From: the human T2T-CHM13v2.0 reference genome, Homo sapiens
Assembly (NCBI RefSeq): GCF_009914755.1
Contig: NC_060944.1
Strand: one strand, 5' to 3'
DNA length: 64,000 nt
Part shown: in pieces, positions 13,764-28,009 of the stretch
How the letters are laid out: each line of letters begins with the position of its first letter
How positions within the stretch are numbered: the stretch's first letter is position 1
Notes under the pieces: generated by a model
Told to the model about the DNA's origin: nothing
Databases searched by the model: none
Seen by the model: only the letters and a program-made list of their open reading frames with translations
Translations under genes and position numbers: made by a program

Positions 13764-14539
13764 TACATCCCATTGAGAGATGGAGAAATTTGAGGAACAT
13801 GATCTCTTGCCACCTGTCAGTCTGCAGCCATAGAATCATGTTGGGTCCTAACTGACATACCTTTTCTGAGTAACCCCCCTAGACCCACTGTAACACGCAT
13901 GTGTATTTCGCTTTAGTGCGTACATTATGTCCATTTATAAAGAGTGCCTATCCATACCTTGTAGTTCTGACATGGGCAGTTTAAGAGGTAGGGTTAACTC
14001 ATATAATATTCTGAATCACGTCAGTATTTGGGACGCTTCTTCCTACCCTTTATTTGAATTCAGCACTGCATCTGTTTGCTATTTTCCTGGATAATTATTG
14101 TAATTATATAAAAGAATAACCATCATCAATACAATATTCTGAATTCATTATTTCACATCCTAAACAAATCTGTTGATAGCCTGCTAGGCAATCACGAATC
14201 GTGGTGCTATGTAACATTTTATTTTGTGTTCTAAGCCACGAGGAATCAAGATAAACCTCCAACACAGCCAGGCCCATACTGGAAAGATCTGCCCTTGGCA
14301 CACACAACAGCCAGCAGAGGTCACCTTCCAAGTGGCCCTCAGTGGTGGAAGGAGAGCAGTTCTGGATGGCAGTTCTCATCCTTGTGCTGGCCTTGTCTTC
14401 TGTCCAGCAATAAAGCTTTAGGCTTTGCTTTCTCCATTTGCCGTGGAGGAGAGTAACAGTCACAGCAGTAATCAAGACAGGCGTCTTGTCATTTAATTAA
14501 GCATGGCATCCCTAGTATCCATAATTTCAGGTCATTAGG

Positions 14540-14612
14540 TACCCAGACATTGTTCTCTCCATTTTGCAGATGAGGAAACAAAAGCCCAGGGAAATAGTAT
14601 ACTTGCCCAGAA
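14540..14612. mobile_element. MIR fragment
   Basis: MIR core ccattttgcagatgaggaaac...acttgccca. Confidence 0.7.
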
Positions 14613-15749
14613 AGAATTTAAAAAAATATTGTTGAGCAGGCTAGCGTCTGTGGGTGCAGTTCCTCTGATTCAGTGTGTCATGCCGCAAACATGCCAGGCA
14701 CATTCCCACCTCAGGGCCTTTGCACTGGCTGTTTGCATCCATTGGCCTTTGCATTGCAGGAAACACTCTTACCCCAGGTACCAGCATGGCTCATTCCACC
14801 ACTAGGTTCCCATGTTAAAACCAGGCAAGTCTAGGACAAACTAGGACGAGTTGGTATACAGTAGACCAGTAAATGAAAGAGCTTGTGTTATGGAGCTGAC
14901 ATTCTTGTTAGGGATGCTCACCTGGCCCATCTCATTTAAAATTGCACTCTTCCCTCACTGGCTGGACGAGGACGGTCTCTCCTGGGATTGCTTGGCTCAG
15001 CTCCACATGGTCGCTCATCCTCCTGGGAGCTCATCTGGGCTTGTTCTCATGGCAGAAGCAGAGCAGAAGCGTGCAAGCTTCTTGGGACCTAGGCACACCA
15101 TCCCTAATGTGACACGATGTTGCCTGGAGTTGAGGAGTGGAGAAAAAGTCTCCAGATCTTGATGGGAGGAGTAGCAAAGTGCCCTTGCAGAAGCCACAGA
15201 AACAGAAAGGTGTGAAGAAGCGAGGCTGTTTTTCCGATCTGCTCACAGTACTTCTCAGTACCTCCAACTCAGCCAGTTTTTCTTTTGGTTTTGAATTTTG
15301 TCTTATTTCCTGGTTTAATCAACAGATGCGGCGAGAAGCTTGTATTTTTGGCACATGTTGTACCAAAAATACTGGAAACACTGGAGTCGTGTTTAGCAGT
15401 AGCTGTGAGGGCCATGTGGGGCTGAGCCTGCTTGAGGGAACCAGGGCTTCAAGCCCCCTCCTTTCACTTGGGCATTATGAGTTGACAGCTAGGAGCATTA
15501 CCAAGTGGTGGAAATTGTTATTTTCTTATGCAGCCTGTGAGGTTGAATTCAAGTGAATTAAATTTGCACGTTAAGGGACTCTGCTGTATAAACCTTTGGG
15601 AATTTCTGAGAAGTAGACCAGAACAGCATGGTTTGGCTCAAGTAAGTGAGGAACCTCTTCAGAGGAGTTTCACATAAAAATGCCTTCCCTTTTTCTCAAA
15701 TGTGATAATTTAAGTCAGGCCATTTCTTTATAGTCTTATCTAAGGCTAT

Positions 15750-15815
15750 AATTCATTCACTCAACCAATATTTATTGAACACCTGCTATGTGCCAGGTAG
15801 TATACAGGGCCCTGG
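15750..15815 (-). mobile_element. L2 3' end fragment
   Basis: cattcattcactcaaccaatatttattgaacacctgctatgtgccagg. Confidence 0.7.
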
Positions 15816-16029
15816 GCCATCCTGGGTCAGTGATGGATACTATGCAGTCATTCAGTATAATGGTTCAGAAAGAGTCTCATGCCTTGAAAAAAATGTATTA
15901 ATAACTCACTCTACAACTTGGATATACTAAAAGAAAATATTCCTTTACTTTTCCATAGCTGATCGGATCTTCTCTAAGATCAGTGGGAGTGGAAGAAAAA
16001 ACATGTATTTATTGATTCCATTAGGCTTT

Positions 16030-16200
16030 TACTTTGGCCAGGCATGTTTACAGTTCATTTGAGTATCACATGATGCCATGGGGGAGGTGTCAATATTTTT
16101 CCATTTTACAAACAAGAAAACCGAGTCCTAGGGAGGCTGTGCAGCTCATCTGAGTCACAGGACTTGGAAATGCATGGTGGGATTTGGGTCGTCCTCCAGA
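16030..16200. mobile_element. MIR fragment
   Basis: ccattttacaaacaagaaaaccgag core. Confidence 0.55.
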
Positions 16201-16674
16201 GCCCGCTCTCTTTTAAACACTCTATCAAATAAACACCCAGTCTCCTTATGTCCCCATATGTCGTGTCCTTTTACCCATCCTCCACCCCCAGCATGAAGGA
16301 CTTGAAGGGCGGGGGGTCCACCCTGGAGCCCTCATTACAGAGCACCTCTTCCCACTAGTTGTCCCCACCCTGGCACACTGTGAGCTCCACGACAGACTCT
16401 GTTCATATCATGGGAGGACCACAGTGGCTCAGGACAGTGCAGCCCTGGGGCACCCACTGCCCGACCGTGCCTCACACCAGGTCACACATGGACAGCCTGT
16501 GAAGACGACTCTTTATAGAGTCCATCAATGGGAAGTTGGGGGATAGCCCTGGTGTTACCCCCGCTTGTACCTGCTCCTCTCTGGTTGAAGCCTGACCCTC
16601 CCACTTGCCTTCCTCCTCCGCACCCATCCGCTTCTCACTACAGTCCAGCGAAGGGCAGAGCTTCCTTTCACATC

Positions 16675-17168
16675 CTGGATTTGTTTCCTGAGCCTGCAGT
16701 AACAAATGACCACACACTGGGGGGCTCACAGCAACAGAATGGATTTTCTCACAGTGCAGGAGACCAGCGGCCTGAAATCAAGGCATCCTTGATTTTTAGA
16801 GGGAGGGGCCACCCTCCCTCTAAAGCTCTGGGTGGGAGAGGGCAAGGGAGGGTCCTTCCTGGCCTCTTTCAGTTCCTGGTGGCTCCAGGCATTCCCTGGC
16901 TTGTGGCTGGATTTTGCCCCATCTCTGCCTCCGTCCTCGCGTGGGTCTTCGCATGGCCTACCCCCTGGGTCCCTGCATCCTCTCCTTTTCTTATAAGGAC
17001 ACCATCAGTCACTGGATTTAGGGACCCCACTAAATCCAGTGTGATACCATTTTGAGATCCTTAACTTAATGATATCTGCAAAGACCCTATTTCCAAATAA
17101 GGTCCCAATCGCAGGTAGTAGGGGCAGGACTTGGATGCTATTTTGGAGAATACGATTCAACCCACCAT
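16675..17168 (-). mobile_element. MaLR solo LTR (MLT1B/C-like)
   Basis: gcagtaacaaatgaccacacactggg...tcttataaggacacc...atctgcaaagaccctatttccaaataaggtc...attcaaccca. Confidence 0.85.
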
Positions 17169-17373
17169 GCTTCCCTTACATAAAGCTGCCCTCACCTATC
17201 AGGCAGCTAGGCCCATATCTTTGCTGTGCCACTGTTAGAGGGGCATCTTCTCTACAGGAGAGTTGTGGGCACAGGTCCTCCCTCCTTGGAGCGTGAAATA
17301 TTAAACAAAGAGTGAAGGTAATTTTGAAAAACTCTTCACTCTCATAAACAATATCTGGCTTTCTAGACGATCA

Positions 17374-17610
17374 TTTTATTTTATTTTATTTTGAGACAGA
17401 GTGTCACTCTCACCCAGGCTGGAGTGCAGTGGTGTGATCCTAGCTCACCGTAGCCTCAACCTCCTCAGTTCAAGCGGTTTTCCCACCTCAACCTCCTGAG
17501 TAGCTGGGACCACAGGCGTGTACCACCATGCCTGCCTAATTATTTATTTTTTGTAGAGATGGGGGTCTCACTATGTTGCCCAGGCTGGTCTCAAGCTCCC
17601 AGGCTCAAGC
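17374..17610 (-). mobile_element. AluJ-type, 5'-truncated
   Basis: (TTTTA)n head, tagctcaccgtagcctcaacctcc, gtagagatgggggtctcactatgttgccc. Confidence 0.9.
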
Positions 17611-17635
17611 ACAGATGATCATCTTATGAGAAATC

Positions 17636-19263
17636 TTTTTTATTTTTTATTTTACTTTAAAAGTTCTGGGATACATGTGCAGAACGTGCAGGCTTGTTAC
17701 ATAGGTATACATGTGCCATGGTGGTTTGCTACACACATCAACTTGTCATCTAGGTTTTAAGCCCTGCATGCGTTAGATATTTGTCCTAATGGTCTCCCTC
17801 CCCTTCCCCCCCGGCAACCCCACGACAGGCTCTGGTGTGTGATGTTCCCCTCCCTGTGTACATGTGTTCTCATTGTTCAACTCCCACTTATGAGTGAGAA
17901 CATGCAGTGTTTGGTTTTCTGTTCCTGTGTTAGTTTGCTGAGAATGATGGCTTCCAGCTTCATCCATGTCCCTGCAAAGGACATGAACTCATTCTTTTTT
18001 ATGGCTGCATACTATTCCATGGTGTATATGTGCCACATTTTCTTTATCCAGTCTATCACTGATGGGCATTTGGGTTGGTTCCAAGTCTTTGCTATTGTAA
18101 ATAGTGCTGCAATAAACATATGTGTGAATGTATCTTTATAGTAGAATGATTTATAATCCTTTGGGTATATACCCAGTCATGGGATCGCTGGGTCAAATGG
18201 TATTTCTGGTTCCAGATCCTTGAGGAATCGCCACATTGTCTTCCACAATGGTTGAACTAATTTACACTCCCACCAACAGTGTAAAAGCATTCCTATTTCT
18301 CCACAGCCTTGTCAGCATGTGTTGTTTCCTGACTTTTTAATAATTGCCATTCTAACTGGCACGAGATGGTATCTCATTGTGGTTTTGATTTGCATTTCTC
18401 TAATGACCAGTGATGATGATCTTTTTTTCATATGTTTGTTGGCCGCATAAATTGTTTTCTTTTGAGAAGTATCTGTTCATATCCTTCGCCCACTTTTTGA
18501 TGGGGTTGTTTTCCTCTTGTAAATTTGTCTAAGTTCCTTGTAGATTCTAGATATTAGACCTTTGTCAGATGAGTAGCTTGCAAAAATTTTCTCCCATTCT
18601 GTAGGTTGCCTGTTCACCCTGATGATAGCTTCTGTTGTTGTGCAGAAGCTCTTTAGTTTGATTAGATCCCATTTGTCAATTTTGGCTTTTGTTGCAATTG
18701 CTTTTGGTGTTTTAGTCATAAAGTCTTTGCCCATGCCTGTGTCCTGAATGGTATTGCCTAGGTTTTCTTCTAGGGTTTTTATGGTTTTGGGTTTTACATT
18801 TAAGTCTTTAATCCATCTTAATTTTTGTATAATGTGTAAGGAAGGGGTCCAGTTTCTGCTTTTTGCATATGGCTAGCCAGTTTTCCCAGCACCATTTAAT
18901 AAATAGGGAATCCTTTCCCCATTGCTTATTTTTGTCAGGTTTGTCGAAGATCAGATGGTTGTAGATGTGTGGTGTTATTTCTGAGGTCTCTGTTCTGTTC
19001 CCTTGGTCTATATATCTGTTTTGGTACCAGTACCATGCTGTTTTGGTTACTGTAGCCTTGTAGTATAGTTTTTCTCATTCTGTGAAGAAAGTCACTGGTA
19101 GCTTGATGGGAATAACATTGAATCTATAAATTACTTTGGGCAGTATGGCCATCTTCATGATATTAATTTTTCCTTTCCATGAGCATGGAATGTTTTTCCA
19201 TTTGTTTGTGTCCTCTCCTATTTCCTTGAGCAGTGGTTTGTAGTTCTCCTTGAAGAGGTCCTT
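17636..19263 (-). mobile_element. L1PA (L1PA8-like) 3' 1.6 kb with small internal deletion
   Basis: Well-preserved primate L1 3' UTR and ORF2 peptide [32 protein letters not shown] (18477-18734). Confidence 0.95.
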
Positions 19264-19659
19264 TATGCCAATCTTATTCTGCATGCCAGCCCAGGCTTCC
19301 CTGTTCTCTCTGTCTTTCTTCACTGGAAGGAATATACTTCTCAACTCCTTGATCTTGGGTGAATCCCTCCATCTCTCAGCGCCTTATTCCTCTTGTTAGA
19401 TTAATAACAGCACCTCCCTGCTGCGTGGATTAGATGGCTTAGGGCATGTGTAGACCTTGGGCCTGTGGCCTGGACATGGTGTCACATAAAGGTCAGCTCC
19501 CTGTGCTGTGAACCTGCAAAGCTTAGGCAGAAGATGTCTCAGGCAGATCAAGGTAATACTGATGGGCTTGGGAAAAAGAAAAAGAGAAAATTAGCTGAAT
19601 AATTTTCAGCAGATTTTTCCCATTTTGCATTATGCTGTGATCAGTGCTTATAGGTAGCA

Positions 19660-19770
19660 TCTGTTTAATCCTCGTTATCCACATTTTACAAATGAAAATC
19701 CTGAGGTTAGGGAACTTGCTGAGCTTCACAGGGAGGGGGTAAGTGGCAAAACCAGAACTCAAACCCAGGC
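19660..19770. mobile_element. MIR fragment
   Basis: cacattttacaaatgaaaatcctgaggttagggaacttgc...agaactcaaacccaggc. Confidence 0.65.
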
Positions 19771-21009
19771 TTTTTTCTTCTTCCACCAAGAAGACAGGGG
19801 ACGGGGATGGCTGAGCGCAGCTGGCAGGCCCTCCCTCTTGCCAAAGCCAACCTGACATCAAGCTTCTCCTTCCACACATCTGCAACCGATTGACCATCTA
19901 CAGGGAAACCACGTAATTTGTGTATGAAAATTAGGCAATTGCAGGGGACACTCCTCTCCTCCAACTTGCCTAAGCTTTCTGCACACTGTGTGTTTGTTTG
20001 TAAACTCTCTTCTGGCCTGCTCCTTTATCATAATTGTTTAGGCAAAACATATTTTGTCACTAAACAGAATGAATTTGGGTGAAGTCATAGTGGGAACTAA
20101 CATGTGTTTGGCCCTGACAGGAAGTGGGCAGCCTCCCCTGCTTTTAGGGAGGCGTTGTTTCTAACCAGCTATTCTCACCCTCAGAGACCCTTCCAGACCC
20201 TTCTAGAATCTGACAAAAGTTAGGGCTGCTCTTGCTCTCTGGGAACATTCACCTGCGCACATAAGGTAAGTTGTAATTTCCCTTTGGGTCCTGGCTGGCC
20301 TAGATGCACATTCAAGTGGGTGGGCGACTGAGAGGGGTTTCAATGTGGGGCCATTTACCAAGTGTGGGCCTGGTTCTGGGAAGTTGGGGCACCTGAGGGC
20401 TGGCAGCAGTGGGGGAGTGTTACCCACTCCAGGCATGAGAGGCCAACGTGGGAACCGTGGTTGGACCTAGAGAGGGCCACCTAACGAAAGTCTGTCCCTG
20501 AGTAGAGGGACAAAGGCCACCTTGGAGCCAGGCCTGACCTTACCCTCCTGCCTGGACTTGCCAGCACCTCCCTTTGGGCAAGCCTAGCTGGGTGCTAGTG
20601 GACTAGGGAGCATGTTGCTGCAGCCTTGCAGGTACAGGGTCTACACCAAGGGTGTATCAGGTGAAGACTGTAAGTTAGGCAGGTGCTTTTCAAAGTAGAG
20701 GACCATACCACTCAGGTGTGCGAGAGCATGCATGGTGGCCTACAGATACATATTTGAAAAATTTTAATAGGTATTTATGTTAATGGTTCGTAGGGAAAAT
20801 TGATCTTCTCTTTTTGGTGATGATTGATTCAGTATCCCCACCGCCCGCTTTTATGCCCAATTATTACAAGTATTTATTTCTTTTGGCCCCCTCGTTCCTG
20901 CAGTAGGCAAAACATGACATCATGGTTTATACCTTGCATTTCTTGGCTGATGAGGATAACTATCTTTTCACATCTCTTTTAAAAAACTGTTTTGATTTAA
21001 AACAATTTT

Positions 21010-21805
21010 CGAAGTTAATAGACAATTTTTAAGAGTAGTTTTAGGTTTGCAGAAAAATGAGGAGAAAGTACAGAGACCTCCCATCCACCTCTTTCAGCCT
21101 GTGTCCCCACTGTTTTCCCTGTTGTGAGCATCTTGCAAATGAGGGTGGTGCATTGGTTGCAACTGGTGAACCCACTGAGAGACACCAAAGTCCATAGTCT
21201 ACACTAGGGTTCTCTCTTGGTATTGCATGTTCCATGAGTTTTGACAAATGTATAGTGGCAAGTATTTGGTATTACAGGATCAGAACAATCCCTTTCACTC
21301 CACCCACCTCTTCATCCCCTCCTCCCCCAACCCCTGGCAACCCCTGACCTTTTCACTGTCTCCATAGTTTTGCCTTTTCCAGAAGGTCATACAGTTGGAA
21401 CCACACAAGACAAAGTCTTTTCAGATTGGCTTCTTTCACTTAGGAACATGCATTTAAGTTTCCTCTCTGTCTTTCTGTGGCTTGCCAGCTTATTTGCTAG
21501 CTTATTTCTTTTTATCGATGAATAATATTCCATTGTCTGGATGTGTGTTTACTGATGTTTACTGAAGGACATCTTGCTCACGTCCAGGTTTTTGCAATTA
21601 CAATGCTGATGTTTACATCAGTGTGCAGGTTTTTGTGTGAATGTCAGTTTTCAACTCACTGGGCAATGATATAGTTCCTCTTCCTCCCTCCCCCCTTTTT
21701 TTTTACTTTCTGAAAATTGCGATACAACATACATAAAATATAACACTTTCACCATTGTGAAGCATACAGTTCAGTGGCATGAAGTGCATTCACATTGCAT
21801 GCATC
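21010..21805 (-). mobile_element. Old L1 3'-end fragments (L1MC/L1MB-like)
   Basis: agtagttttaggtttgcagaaaaatgaggagaaagtacagag and ccatagttttgccttttccagaa are typical L1M 3' UTR motifs. Confidence 0.78.
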
Positions 21806-23199
21806 CCTTTTAAAGCAATGGTGTTCTAGGCATGAGGCTCTACACAGGTAGGGTGGGGACTGAGTAACAGCGTAAGTGGTCCCCATACGTGGCGGAGTGG
21901 GTGATGGTGGTCCAGGATGAACGGAAGTTTGGGAAACTTGTAACTACACCAGCCATCTTAGTACCCAAGTTCTATCTGCTAAACGTATCCAATATGCTTC
22001 TCCATGGCCTTCTCTTTCGGGGCCCTAAATGTAAATTCTAAAAACCTACTTATGGCATTTTCATGTTCTCTCTTTGCCCAGGCTCATTTGTGGTTTGCTT
22101 TTGCAAAGGAGGGCTTGGGAAATTGTCACTTCTTCTCTTCAAGTTTCTCCCACCTCTTTGTTCCCCTCTCCTCCATAAAGCTGCACATTTGCGCCAAAAG
22201 ATATAACTGTTTGTGGGGGGGAATTGGGAGGAGGTGGGGAGCTGCACACGCGGCAGATGAGGGATGCGCCAAGTTCCCTGCGTGTGGGAGCCTGGGGATG
22301 GCAACAGGGTGAGGGCTTGGCATTCAGTCCAGGTGACCAAGGGGCTGTCCCGGACCCTTCCCTCGCTCAAAGAGGTAAGCCTTCTAGCGAGCTGCTTTCC
22401 CAGCCCCGGCCCCCAGCTTCCCCATCAGTCCAATGGGGACAATAGGACTTGCCATCTCCTTGATTCAGAGTGAGCAAAATTATCTGCAGCTTTTTGAGGT
22501 TTTCCTGAGAAAAGCGTCATCTCCCTCGAGGAAGGTGTTAGTCAGCTGTCATCTTGCCAGCAGGGATCAGCTGTTACTCAAAGGCGTCAATTTCGCAGTG
22601 ATCACAGAACAGGCTGCAGAGAGCACAAAATGATCATCGTGGCAGGTGTGTCGGAAACATAGCGCTCTTTTCCTGGCATTTCTACTTTGAAGCCCCAAGC
22701 CTCCCACCCTATGAGAGTCAGTTCTGGGCTCCTTTTCCTCCTCCCCCTACCCCCAGGTTGGGCTAAAGTTTTTGGGGGGCACATGATACTCAGCCCTCAG
22801 CTCCCCAGGCAGGCCCCCACTGAGACACCCCTCGGGTGACAACCCCCTCAATTTGGCCCCATTTTCCCAGTCACTTCAGGGCCTTTCTGGGTGCTCTGAA
22901 ATTCGTCCTGCAGCGAGAGCTCTGCGTGTGCCTCGTCCTCCTGCCTGGACGCACACTCCGGGCTGTTGATGCTCTGTGTCCTGGCACCCCTCTTTCCAGA
23001 CTGCCCTGGGGAATGGAGCAGGAATTGCCACTGAGGCAGGAGCTGGACGGACTTATTTCTCCCTTCCTCCCTTCCGTGACCTCCCCACCCATGACCATTA
23101 TAACCGGGGGATCAGGACAGGAGGCTTGTACTCATCCAGTTTCCTTAGGGTTTGGGGCTTTTGGAATTAAAACGCCTTTACTGAGTTTCTGCCACAGGA

Positions 23200-23583
23200 A
23201 GACAGAAGCCCTGCTCACCTATTCTCCGACTCAGCATTTAAGAGCCAACTGCAGGCAGTGCTTCTGTGTCTGATGGCTCCCTGTGGCCACAGAGCCTACC
23301 CCGTGCATTCATGCGTGCAGCTGGAAATGCCAGGACATGGCTGCTCCCACAGGCAGTCCCGATGCAGGCAGCTCACTTGCCCCTGGGGTGCATGTTCTAC
23401 ATGATCTCCTGGTGTCCCCCAGTGGGATTAAGCTCCAGTCACCCACAGTGGGGACTTGCTGGACATTTTGTAGCCTCCTTCACCCCCAGCCTTCCCATTT
23501 CCTTACAAGTGTTTCCTGGGATCACCTCCCAAATAAAATACTTGGGAATGGAATCCTTTTCTCAGGAACCCACCCCGAGACAG
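23200..23583 (+). mobile_element. ERVL solo LTR (LTR16-like)
   Basis: gggattaagctccagtcacccacagtg...cctgggatcacctcccaaataaaatacttg...gaccc...gaca terminus. Confidence 0.7.
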
Positions 23584-23719
23584 CATCCCTTGCTAGAGGC
23601 GATGCATGGAGACTGCTGAGCTGACGGATGGGGGAAGAGACAAGGGTAGGAGGAAGACAGGGTGGGGGAGGAACCGGTAGTTAATAGTTCAAAATATTAT
23701 GGCGTATAATTGAAAACTG

Positions 23720-23900
23720 AAATAAATGGAGCGCTTACTCTGTGCTGGGCACAGCACTTGGTGTTTTCACATAACTTATTTCATCTGAACCTCCTGGTGG
23801 CTCTGCCCCAATGCCACTGTTCTTAGAGATGAGGAAACAGTCTCAGGGCCACCCTCTAGCAAGATGGTTAAGCAGAGACAGAAATTCAGGCCTACTGGTC
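23720..23900. mobile_element. MIR fragment
   Basis: gagcgcttactctgtgctgggcac...agatgaggaaacag. Confidence 0.65.
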
Positions 23901-24186
23901 TCCTGGGGAGGTTCCTGAAATTCTCAGCTAGTAGAAAGGTTGCAGCGTCTTGAGGTAAGCCTTTATCTTCCATTCCTATTAGCTCTTATCCGTTCTGGCA
24001 GCTACCTGTTAATCTCTAAAGATTCCTGCCTTTACATCTTTCCTTAAACAATTAGAACGTCTCAGATTGTTTTGAAGCCAGGGGCTCTTGCAGATGGCCT
24101 AGTGTGGTGAGGTTCATAATGAGACCAGAGGTTTAGGAGAGGGACAGAGAGTGGGTGCAATGGTCTTCTGGGTCCTCCCTTCTGCT

Positions 24187-24402
24187 CAGTGATGTGCTGG
24201 TAAATGTTGAGACTGGCTTTCAGGATGAAAAAAAAAAAAAAGGACTGACTTGTAGCATTTGCTGATTTTTGTGGTGTCAGTGCTTCCACTGTGGCCAGTT
24301 CAAGCTGTGAACATGATGCTACTGATGCTGAGGTTGGGAAGAGCCAGAGGTGTGACGTTCCACACTGCCAGGAAGCGTTCCCACCACACCAGCACATCCC
24401 AC
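24187..24402. mobile_element. hAT DNA transposon (MER63-like)
   Basis: Terminal inverted repeats cagtgatgtgctgg ... ccagcacatc. Confidence 0.65.
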
Positions 24403-24479
24403 ATAAATGGCCCCAAGATCCCTGAGAATGGAAGATGCCATAGAATCCTTAGCAGTGGTGAGCTCTGAGTATGTAGGAG

Positions 24480-24842
24480 CTGGTGTGAACTGGATGTTTC
24501 TTCCCCCCAGCTCCAAATCTACATGTAAAATCCTCACTCCCCATGTGATGGTATTAGGAGGTGGGTCCTTTGGGAGGTGGTCAGGTCATGACGTGGAGCC
24601 CTCATGAGTGGAATGAGTGCCTTATAAAGGGGACCCCAGAGAGCTCCACTGGTCTTTCCGTGATGTGAGGGGGCAGCAAGAAGACGGCCATCTAGGTACC
24701 AGGATGCAGGCCCTCACCAGGCACTGAACCTGTCTTGGACTTAAACTTGATCTTGAACTTCCCGTCTCCAGAGCTGTGTGAAATAAATATTTGTCATTTA
24801 AGCCACCCAATCTAGGGTATTTTTGTTATAGCAGCCCAAAGT
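24480..24842 (+). mobile_element. MaLR solo LTR (MLT1A-like)
   Basis: atgtgatggtattaggaggtggg...cccttataaag...gaaataaatatttg...ttgttatagcagccc. Confidence 0.88.
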
Positions 24843-25773
24843 ACTTTTAAAAAATTGAGTACCTTTGCTCAATGAAGACAATACTTTAAAAAAAAAATTG
24901 AGACAGTACCTGTTTACAATTGAGGTAAAATTCACATAACATTAAATTCACCATTTTAACTATTTGAAAGTGAACAATTCTATGGCACTTAGTACATTCA
25001 TAGTTTTACAAACTACCACCTCTGTCTGGTTCCAGAACATTTTCATCACCCCAGAAGGAAACGTTGTACCCAGTTAAAGCCTCATTCCCCATTCTCCCCC
25101 TCCTCTGGCAACCACTATAATTTGTTTTCTGTTTCCGTGAGTTTGTCTATTCCAGTTTCTTCATACAAATGCAATTATAAAACACGTGATATTTTGTGTC
25201 TGGCTTCTTTCATGCAGCATGACGTTTTCAAGGTGCATCCATGTTGTAGCATGTGCAAGCACTTTGTTGCTTTTTATGGCTGATTACGATTCTACGGTAC
25301 TGTATATTGCCGTTTGTCTATCCACTCATCAGCTGATGGACATTTCTGTCATTTCTCTCTTTTGACTATTTTGAATAAAGCTACTGTGAACATGCACGTA
25401 CAAATTTTTGTTTGAATACCTGTTTTCAATTCTTTGGGGTATATACCTAGACGTAGAATTGCTGGATCCTATGGTAATACATGTTTAACTTTTTGAGGAA
25501 CTACCCAGTTGTTTTTAAAGTGGCTGCATCATTTTATATCCCCACCAGTCGTGTTTATGGGTTCTAAATTCTCCACATCCTCACCAACACTTGTTATTTT
25601 ATTGCTTATTAGTTTATTATTATTATTTACCATAGCCATGGTTGGTGTGAAGTCCTATCTCATTGTGGTTTTGATTTACATTTTCCTAATAGCTGATGGG
25701 ATGAAGCATCTTTTTATGTGCTTTTTGGGCATTTGGAGAAAAAAAATCTATTCAAGTCCTCTGCTCATTTTTA

Positions 25774-25986
<213 letters not shown>

Positions 25987-26183
25987 TTATTGCATTGTAA
26001 GAGTTCTTTGTATATTCTGGATATATCATGCATATAATTTGCAAATATTTTCTCCCATTCCGTGGACTGTTTTTTCACTTTCTTGAAAGTATCCTTTGAT
26101 GAACCAAAGTTTTAGATTTTGAAGTCAAATTTATTTTTCTTTTGCTGCATGTACTTTTGGTGTCATATTTTAAAATCCATTGC

Positions 26184-26531
<348 letters not shown>

Positions 26532-26776
26532 TTAATCCTTTGTCTTCTAAGAGTTTTATAACTTTAGTGCTTACATTTGAGACTGTAATCAATTTTAAGT
26601 TATCCAGTTGTCATTTATTTGTTTTTAACATTATTTGATTGTAAGTTTATGTAACGTATCTTTTAATTAGGGCTGTGTTTCACAGCTGGCTTGCGCAATT
26701 TTTGAAAATTTAACAATCAGCTCTCTTGAGCCAGTATGAGTGGTATGAGCCAGCTCAATGTGCTGCTACTTCTATG

Positions 26777-27138
<362 letters not shown>

Positions 27139-27487
27139 TAACGGCTGGAATGTGGTTGTTTTCTTGGGGAACGGAGCTGGGGATGGGTGAAATGTGCTTA
27201 TGGAGCTCCTTGGTGATGGGTATCTGTGGAAAAAGGATCTGGGGACCCCTGATTCTCTAGTCACAGGCCTGTCCAGAATTTCCTTCTTGCATCTGGCTTT
27301 TCCTTTGTGATGTGAAGAGCATAGCTGGACCTCTCTTGCTCCCTCCCCTAGGATTTGCCAAGCTACTCCTCCTGGCTTAGAGGGAACCAGTTTTGTCCTA
27401 ACTCAGTCTGGAGGGGCTTTGGAAGCCCCACCTTTGAGCAGAGACCTAAGTCTTGTCTTGAGGCTGAGGAAGTGCTCCTTTTCCTAG

Positions 27488-27710
27488 TGGTGTCACCAGA
27501 TCAAATACAGGATGCCCAGCCACATTGGAATTTCAGATAAGCAGCGCTCAGTGTTTCCGTATAAGCATGGCACGTGTGAGATTTGGGACATACTTATACC
27601 AAAAGTAATTCTCATGCAATATTTGGGACATACTCCCACTAAAGAACTATGCATTGTTTATCAAATTTAACTGGGAGTCTTGGATTTTTGTTTGATAAAT
27701 CTGGCAAGCC
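27488..27710. mobile_element. MER53 palindromic DNA transposon
   Basis: ccagatcaaatacaggatgcccag...aaatttaactggg...aaatctggcaa, with central gggacatacttat present twice. Confidence 0.8.
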
Positions 27711-28009
27711 TTTCCTTGCGTCAGTTTTTTTTCTTGCTGTCTTCATCCTGCAGCAGAGACTCAGAACCTCAGAGTGGGAAGGCCCTGATTCCTTGCCCAT
27801 TTTGCAGATCTGGAAACAGTCCCAGAGAAGAAAAGGGATTTGTGCAAGTGCACGGAATCACTGTGAACTTCGAGGACCTTGAACAAGCTGCATGACTTTT
27901 TCATGAAGTCAGCACACTTTCTGAGTGTCTCTGCATGTGGCACTGTGCTGGTGCCAGGGGATGATGGTGGCAAACCTGCCATGGACCTGTGCAGATGGCA
28001 TGTTAAATA

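Noticed and set aside
16528-17055. 175-aa ORF
   Set aside because: Mostly within an MLT1 LTR; no splice or domain support.
18477-19344. Active L1 ORF2
   Set aside because: The element is 5'-truncated to 1.6 kb, internally deleted and interrupted.
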